The translations under genes were made by a program, and so were the position numbers. A model generated the notes under the pieces. That model saw only the letters and a program-made list of their open reading frames with translations, did no database searches and was not told the origin of the DNA. Shown here one piece after another: positions 1 through 4,168 of a stretch of 4,168 nt of DNA. This DNA comes from a virus (taxonomy: Duplodnaviria; Heunggongvirae; Uroviricota; Caudoviricetes). The stretch lies in IMG/VR virus record IMGVR_UViG_2602041586_000003, one strand, 5' to 3'. How positions within the stretch are numbered: position 1 is the first letter of the stretch; each line of letters opens with the position of its first letter.

Positions 1-2001
1 CAGCCGCTCACTGCCGTCATCCGCTGCCACGGTCAGGCGAAGCAGGAAGCTCACGCCCTTCACCACCTTCGGCGTGTCCCAGCGGGCCAGCACCTGGTAT
101 TCCCCGCTGTCTGCGGTGACTTCTGCGGTCAGATGCTGCACTGCTGGCGGCGTGACACCATTCACCGTGCCGCTCTGGTCGCCGTCAAAGTGCGCCCCGT
201 TATCCACGATGGCCTCTTTTTCCGGTACATGCTGCACGGCGGTGATGGCATACGTGCCGTCATCGTTCTCACGGATACTCACACAGCGGAACAGGCGCTG
301 GCGCAGCGTCGGCAGCTTCAGCCCCCATACGCTGTATCCGGCAACGCCGTCAGGAACACGGCTCACTTTTACCTTCACGCCGTCGGTGACGGACTGGACC
401 TCCACGCTGACCGGATTGCCACTTCCGTCAACCAGGCTTATCAGCGTGGTACCGGAGGATGGCAGCGTGATTTCACGGTCGAGCGTCAGCGTCCGGGTCT
501 GGCTGTTCACCGCCAGCACGCGCCCGCCGGTGCTGATCCCCGCATAGTCATCATCGCAGATTTCAATAACATCACCCGGCACATGGCGAAGCCCTTCGGC
601 ACCCACGCTGAAATCCACGGTCTGCGTTTCCAGCAGTTCTGTTTTAATCAGCCACAGCCCGGCGCGGTGTGCCTGCCCCCGGCTGGTACAGCCAAAGGCA
701 TCCATCTTCGTGACGTTACGACCGTAACGGGCAATGGCCTGCGTATCCTCCACAAGCTCTGTTGCCGTCTCCCAGCCGTTGTCCGGGTCAATCCAGTTCA
801 CCTCAACGGCATTATGGCGGTCTTTCAGGGCGCTGAAGCTGTAGCGGAACGGCGCGCCATCATCCGGCATCACCACATTACTGCGGTTATAGGTCCACAC
901 CTTATCCGATGGTCGGTCCTGCACGAACGTCAGCGTCTGCCCGTTCCATACCGGCATACAGCGCATCGCCGAGCAGAAATCACTGAGCACATCCCACGCC
1001 TTGCGCTGTGTGGTCAGGTACGCATTACAGGTGATGCGCGGCTCCGTGCCGCCAAAGCCGTCCGGCACCGACTGGTCGCAGTACTGGCCGATGACATACA
1101 GCGCCCATTTGTCCACATCCGCCGCACCAAGACGTTTCCCCATGCCGTAGCGCGGATGGGTCAGCATATCCCACAGACACCAGGCCATGTTGTTGCTGTA
1201 TGCTGGCTTAAACGTTCCGTCCCAGATACCGCTGTATTGCCGCGTCTGCGGGTTATAGTTCGACGGCACCTGCAGAATACGCCCGCGCAGATGATAATTA
1301 CGGCTCACCTGCTGGCTGCCGAACTGCTCCGAATCCACCTGTACGCCGACCAGTGCCGTGTTCGGGTAGCACTGTTTCACATCGATGATTTCGGTGTATG
1401 ACGACCAGAGCGTTTTGTTCTGCAGCTGGTCTGTGGTGCTGTCCGGCGTCATCCTGCGCATCCGGATATTGAACGGGCGCGGCGGCAGGTTATCCACCAC
1501 CACCGAGGCCAGATACTGCGAGGTGGTTTTGCCCTTAATGGTGATGTCTTTTTCCGTCACCCAGCCACCATTACGCTGTATCTGAACCAGCAGGCGAACT
1601 TCCGACGGATTCCGGTCCCCCTTTGAGGTGGTTTCCACCAGTGCCTGCACACCGAAGGTAAAGCGCAGACGGTCGATGTTTGCAGACGTGATGGTGCGGG
1701 TGATCGGCGTGTCATATTTCACTTCCGTACCCAGCACCGTCTCGGAGCCGGAGGATTCAAACCCCTCCGGCGGTGTCTGCTCCTGCTCACCGGCCCGGAA
1801 CACCACCGTGACGCCGGAGATATTGGTATTCCCCTCAGTGTCCAGCACCGGCGTACTGTTCAGCAGCACGCTTTTTAATCCATCCACCGGACCTTCAACC
1901 GGCCCTTCGCTGATGGCATCGATCACACTCAGCAACTGCGTGGACTTCAGGTTGTCCTTCGCTTCGCGCGGGGTATGCCCCTTACTGCTGCCTTTACCCA
2001 T
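1..2001 (-). CDS. J: Tail tip / host-specificity protein J (central tail fibre), 5' partial: N-terminal 667 codons, 3' end lies beyond the window start
   Basis: Minus-strand ATG at 2001..1999 translates MGKGSSKGHTPREAKDNLKSTQLLSVI, the N-terminus of lambda gpJ as I recall it. The same frame at the window edge (1..39) reads RLTVAADDGSERL, matching gpJ near residue 655-667. Frame is exact (2001 = 3 x 667). I checked 1..420 codon by codon and found no stop; the rest is inferred from the high similarity. Absent from the ORF track only because it runs off the window. Confidence 0.93.
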   Translation of the reverse strand, partial: MGKGSSKGHTPREAKDNLKSTQLLSVIDAISEGPVEGPVDGLKSVLLNSTPVLDTEGNTNISGVTVVFRAGEQEQTPPEGFESSGSETVLGTEVKYDTPITRTITSANIDRLRFTFGVQALVETTSKGDRNPSEVRLLVQIQRNGGWVTEKDITIKGKTTSQYLASVVVDNLPPRPFNIRMRRMTPDSTTDQLQNKTLWSSYTEIIDVKQCYPNTALVGVQVDSEQFGSQQVSRNYHLRGRILQVPSNYNPQTRQYSGIWDGTFKPAYSNNMAWCLWDMLTHPRYGMGKRLGAADVDKWALYVIGQYCDQSVPDGFGGTEPRITCNAYLTTQRKAWDVLSDFCSAMRCMPVWNGQTLTFVQDRPSDKVWTYNRSNVVMPDDGAPFRYSFSALKDRHNAVEVNWIDPDNGWETATELVEDTQAIARYGRNVTKMDAFGCTSRGQAHRAGLWLIKTELLETQTVDFSVGAEGLRHVPGDVIEICDDDYAGISTGGRVLAVNSQTRTLTLDREITLPSSGTTLISLVDGSGNPVSVEVQSVTDGVKVKVSRVPDGVAGYSVWGLKLPTLRQRLFRCVSIRENDDGTYAITAVQHVPEKEAIVDNGAHFDGDQSGTVNGVTPPAVQHLTAEVTADSGEYQVLARWDTPKVVKGVSFLLRLTVAADDGSERL

Positions 2002-2013
2002 TCCTCACGCTCC
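2002..2013 (-). promoter_or_regulatory. Ribosome-binding region for J: GGAG (2013..2010) with 8-nt spacer, and GAGGA (2006..2002) abutting the ATG
   Basis: Minus strand reads ATGGAGCGTGAGGA-ATG directly upstream of the J start codon. Purine-rich Shine-Dalgarno-like motifs at appropriate distance. Confidence 0.5.
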
Positions 2014-2022
2014 ATAAACGAC

Positions 2023-2044
2023 AAAACCGCCCGCAGGCGGTTTC
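2023..2044 (-). terminator. Perfect 8-bp GC-rich hairpin (stem 2024..2031 / 2036..2043, loop 2032..2035) in the I-J spacer, followed on the coding strand by an interrupted T-tract; candidate attenuator or mRNA-stabilising stem-loop
   Basis: Minus strand reads AAACCGCC-TGCG-GGCGGTTT then TGTCGTTTAT. The stem is perfect and mostly G:C (5 of 8 pairs); the T-run is interrupted, so strong termination is not expected. It sits 15-20 nt upstream of the J ribosome-binding site. Confidence 0.3.
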
Positions 2045-2061
2045 ACATAAAACATTTTGCA

Positions 2062-2709
2062 TCAGCGACCAATCACCACAACCTGACCACCGTCCCCTTC
2101 GTCTGCCGTGCTGATCTCCTGAGAAACCACGCGTGACCCCACGCGCATTTCCCCGTACAGAACCGGCAGAACATTGCCCTGGGCAACCATGTTATCCAGT
2201 GACGAGAAATAGGTGTTCTGTTTGCCGTTATCTGTACTTGCTGCCGTGGGCGTCCTGGCTTTCGGTGCCAGCATCTGCGCCACTCCGCCCAGGATCATAC
2301 TGGCCCCTGCCGCATACATGCCCGATACAGCCGCGGCACCCAGCCAGCCCACAGGGTTCCACCATGCCACCGCAATCAGCGCCGCCCCCAGCACCGCCTG
2401 AAACACACCGCCACTTTTTGCTCCCGCAAGACGCGGAACGATGTGGATCACGGCACCATTTTTCAGCGGCTCATTAAGACGGGCTGATAATTCGTTTTCG
2501 CCTGCATCACGCCCGGCAATGCGCACCTGATACCAGCCCTCATTCAGTTTCTGACGAAACGCCGGGATCTGCATGGCCAGCGCCCGGATGGCTTCGGCCC
2601 CCGTTTTCACACGAAGGTCGATGCGGCGGCCAAATCGTTGCAAATCCCCGTAAAGGCAGATACGTGCCATGCCCGGTGACGCCAGAGGGAGTGTGTGCGT
2701 CGCTGCCAT
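2062..2709 (-). CDS. I: Tail assembly protein I (215 aa): N-terminal ubiquitin-like (beta-grasp) region ending in Gly-Gly, a Gly/Ala-rich hydrophobic segment, and a conserved C-terminal region
   Basis: ORF translation starts MAATHTLPLASPGMARICLYGDLQRFGRRIDLRVKTGAEAIRAL and ends NGKQNTYFSSLDNMVAQGNVLPVLYGEMRVGSRVVSQEISTADEGDGGQVVVIGR, matching lambda gpI as I recall it. Start lies 103 nt inside K, as in lambda. GAGAGG (2726..2721) lies 11 nt upstream of the ATG. Confidence 0.93.
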   Translation of the reverse strand: MAATHTLPLASPGMARICLYGDLQRFGRRIDLRVKTGAEAIRALAMQIPAFRQKLNEGWYQVRIAGRDAGENELSARLNEPLKNGAVIHIVPRLAGAKSGGVFQAVLGAALIAVAWWNPVGWLGAAAVSGMYAAGASMILGGVAQMLAPKARTPTAASTDNGKQNTYFSSLDNMVAQGNVLPVLYGEMRVGSRVVSQEISTADEGDGGQVVVIGR

Positions 2710-3350
2710 TTGTCGGTATACCTCTCTCGTTTGCTCAGCTGTTCAGGAATATGGTGCAGCAGCTCGCCGTCGCCGCAGTAAATAGCGGCATGATTCGGCA
2801 CCGATGAACCAAAACAGCACAGCAGCACATCGCCCGGCTGCGCCGCTGACAACGGCACCTGATACAGCCCCGTTGCCTCCATATTATCCAGATAGAGATT
2901 CTGACCGTGACGCCACCAGTCATCCTCACGATGAAAATCAGGCATCTCAATTCCCGCCAGATGGTAAGCATCCCGGAACAGCGTGTAACAGTCCGTCACC
3001 CCGTGCTCAAAGCGCCGCCCGGTAAGATGTGGCACACAGCGGAACTTGTGAATCGCCCCCCGGCAGACCAGCCACCACGGCAAATCACTCTGCACCTGCA
3101 GCCGCCGGTCGGCCTCACTCAGCCAGGGCAGAGCACCGGGGTGACTGTGGACCAGCGCCACAATCTCACCCTGCATTTCTGCCCGCAGCCAGTCCTCCGG
3201 AGCCATCCGGAAATACGCCTCCGGCTCACCGGAGATATTCACGCAGGGAAAATATCTTTCCCCTTCCGGCGTTCTCACCACGAAGCCGCACGACTCCGCT
3301 GGCGCACATCGCCGGGCGTGCGCCAGAATCGCTGATTCTGTCTCTGTCAT
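2607..3350 (-). CDS. K: Tail assembly protein K (247 aa): N-terminal JAMM/MPN metalloprotease-like domain plus C-terminal NlpC/P60 cysteine peptidase-like domain
   Basis: Translation MTETESAILAHARRCAPAESCGFVV... matches lambda gpK as I recall it. JAMM motif present: E-x-x-x-x-x-H68-S-H70-P-x(6)-S78-E-A-D81 (EIVALVHSHPGALPWLSEAD). NlpC/P60-type Cys at GVTDC121YTLF with downstream His residues (PNHAAIY, ELLHHIP). ATG at 3350 is 5 nt after the L stop, with no obvious Shine-Dalgarno, suggesting coupled translation. Confidence 0.93.
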   Translation of the reverse strand: MTETESAILAHARRCAPAESCGFVVRTPEGERYFPCVNISGEPEAYFRMAPEDWLRAEMQGEIVALVHSHPGALPWLSEADRRLQVQSDLPWWLVCRGAIHKFRCVPHLTGRRFEHGVTDCYTLFRDAYHLAGIEMPDFHREDDWWRHGQNLYLDNMEATGLYQVPLSAAQPGDVLLCCFGSSVPNHAAIYCGDGELLHHIPEQLSKRERYTDKWQRRTHSLWRHRAWHVSAFTGICNDLAAASTFV

Positions 3351-3355
3351 GGGAT

Positions 3356-4054
3356 TTACTGCGAAAGTTTGTTAATGGAAAGGAAGCCGCCAAAGTTGCC
3401 GACGTTATTGCGAAACTTACAGCCACTCAGGCATTTGCTGCATTTATCCTTCGTGATATCGGACGTCGGCTGATCATATTCATCCGCGACCGCCGGACCG
3501 TGATAACCGCACTCATCACCGCGATAGGTCCAGGTGCAGGTATTAGCCAGCATGATGCGGCCCGGAAAAACAGCGCCGTCCGTTTCCGTCGGCGTGGACA
3601 GTACAAAGGAGGCACTGACCGCGCTCAGTTCGCTGCACTGCTCAATGCGCCAGCGGCTGATTACCTCCTGCTCCGGATCGGCGTCACTGTTTCCGTTGAC
3701 GAAGTTCACCGCATCCAGAAAACGGGCGTAAACCTTACGCCTGACCACCGTTCCGCCGACCAGACTCTGCAGGTCTTCCGCTATGCCGGTGACCATGCCG
3801 TGCAGGTTAGAGACTTTCAGCGTTGGTCTTGCACTGGCTCCTTTGCCGTTCATCTCAAATCCGCTTCCCTGAATAGGGTACGCCTGATACTGTCGCCCCT
3901 GCCAGGTGACCGACTCACCTTTTTCGTTCTGCTCATTACAGAAAAAATAACGTTCTCCGCCGACCTCTGTCAGATCAATTTCCCAGAGCACGACCAGCGC
4001 GGATTGCTCCGTTTTAGTGCACTCATTGAGTGTTTCCTGCTGTATATCCTGCAT
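3356..4054 (-). CDS. L: Tail tip protein L (232 aa), minor tail protein with a C-terminal Cys cluster consistent with Fe-S coordination
   Basis: Translation MQDIQQETLNECTKTEQSALVVLWEIDLTEVGGERYFFCNEQNEKGE ... KCLSGCKFRNNVGNFGGFLSINKLSQ matches lambda gpL as I recall it. Cys173, Cys182, Cys205, Cys208 and Cys212 lie in the C-terminal domain. Start ATG overlaps the upstream stop as TGATG. AGAGG (4069..4065) lies 10 nt upstream. Confidence 0.94.
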   Translation of the reverse strand: MQDIQQETLNECTKTEQSALVVLWEIDLTEVGGERYFFCNEQNEKGESVTWQGRQYQAYPIQGSGFEMNGKGASARPTLKVSNLHGMVTGIAEDLQSLVGGTVVRRKVYARFLDAVNFVNGNSDADPEQEVISRWRIEQCSELSAVSASFVLSTPTETDGAVFPGRIMLANTCTWTYRGDECGYHGPAVADEYDQPTSDITKDKCSKCLSGCKFRNNVGNFGGFLSINKLSQ

Positions 4055-4168
4055 CAGTGAGTGACCTCTTCAAAGGTACAGTTAAAATCGGTATACATGG
4101 CATTATCCGAAATGCTCCACTCCCTGTGAAGTGGTCAACAAAAACTGGCCACCGAGTTAGAGTTTTTT
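4054..4168 (-). CDS. M: Tail tip protein M, 3' end only (C-terminal ~26 codons clearly readable); upstream in-frame TGA at 4135..4137 makes intactness uncertain
   Basis: The frame ending in TGA at 4056..4054 (overlapping the L ATG as TGATG, the lambda M/L arrangement) reads ...PLHREWSISDNAMYTDFNCTFEEVTH*. My recollection of the lambda gpM C-terminus is ...CAKWSSRVSMLRVEFSAEFEQVVN*; W, S, F, F, E and V align without gaps, plus conservative D/E, N/S, E/Q pairs. The same frame contains TGA at 4135..4137, and the other two frames show no M-like similarity. Confidence 0.5.
4065..4069 (-). promoter_or_regulatory. Shine-Dalgarno-like AGAGG for L, inside the 3' end of the M reading frame
   Basis: Minus strand reads AAGAGGTCACTCACTGATG, placing AGAGG 10 nt upstream of the L ATG. 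Confidence 0.4.

Noticed and set aside
133-1401. Long plus-strand ORF (422 aa) and neighbouring plus-strand ORFs 74..547, 1385..1585 and 1628..2017
   Set aside because: They are entirely antisense to the strongly supported J gene. The translations are low-complexity and rich in Arg/His/Ala/Val/Leu, typical of antisense frames in GC-rich coding DNA, with no recognisable motifs or ribosome-binding sites.
2133-2477. Plus-strand ORFs 2133..2477 and 2213..2401
   Set aside because: Antisense to I; Pro/Ala-rich translations reflect the Gly/Ala-rich codons of the I hydrophobic segment on the opposite strand.
2735-2971. Minus-strand 78-aa ORF inside K in another frame
   Set aside because: Fully embedded out of frame within the K NlpC/P60 region. 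Cys/Arg-rich translation with no start context; alternate-frame artefact.
3226-3615. Minus-strand ORFs 3226..3426 and 3427..3615
   Set aside because: Out-of-frame overlaps with the L C-terminus and K N-terminus. Arg-rich, with no ribosome-binding site or homology signal.
3029-4060. Plus-strand 343-aa ORF, with plus-strand ORFs 2804..3025, 2907..3335 and 3534..3731
   Set aside because: Antisense to L and K, which match lambda proteins almost residue for residue. Pro/Ala/Arg-rich junk translations; no support as genes.
4054-4168. Alternative M frame reading KTLTRWPVFVDHFTGSGAFRIMPCIPILTVPLKRSLTDAGYTAGNTQ, which is stop-free and would overlap L by about 29 nt
   Set aside because: It shows no similarity to the gpM C-terminus and does not give the lambda-type TGATG stop/start overlap. 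The frame ending at 4054 has the C-terminal similarity, so I kept that one despite its upstream TGA.
1-4168. Searched for CRISPR repeats, tRNA-like structures, terminal inverted repeats, att-like direct repeats and tandem repeats
   Set aside because: No periodic repeat-spacer structure, no cloverleaf-compatible segment in the short non-coding gaps, and no inverted or direct repeats beyond the single I-J hairpin. Nearly the whole window is coding.

Overview
This window is the tail-tip module of a lambda-like (lambdoid) siphovirus or prophage, all encoded on the minus strand in the conserved order M (3' end only) - L - K - I - J (5' two-thirds only). L, K, I and the J N-terminus read as near-identical to phage lambda as I recall it; no alignment was run. 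The organisation is compact and lambda-typical: M stop overlaps L start (TGATG), a 5-nt L-K gap, a 103-nt out-of-frame K/I overlap, and a 60-nt I-J spacer holding a perfect 8-bp hairpin. There are no RNA genes, CRISPR arrays, insertion sequences or att-like repeats that I can support. The points most worth a second look are an in-frame TGA inside the apparent M reading frame, with M far more diverged than L (possible mosaic junction, pseudogene or sequence error), the K/I pair as a ubiquitin-like/JAMM system with a Gly-Gly site in I, and the I-J hairpin. All plus-strand ORFs in the track are antisense to these genes and I regard them as artefacts.
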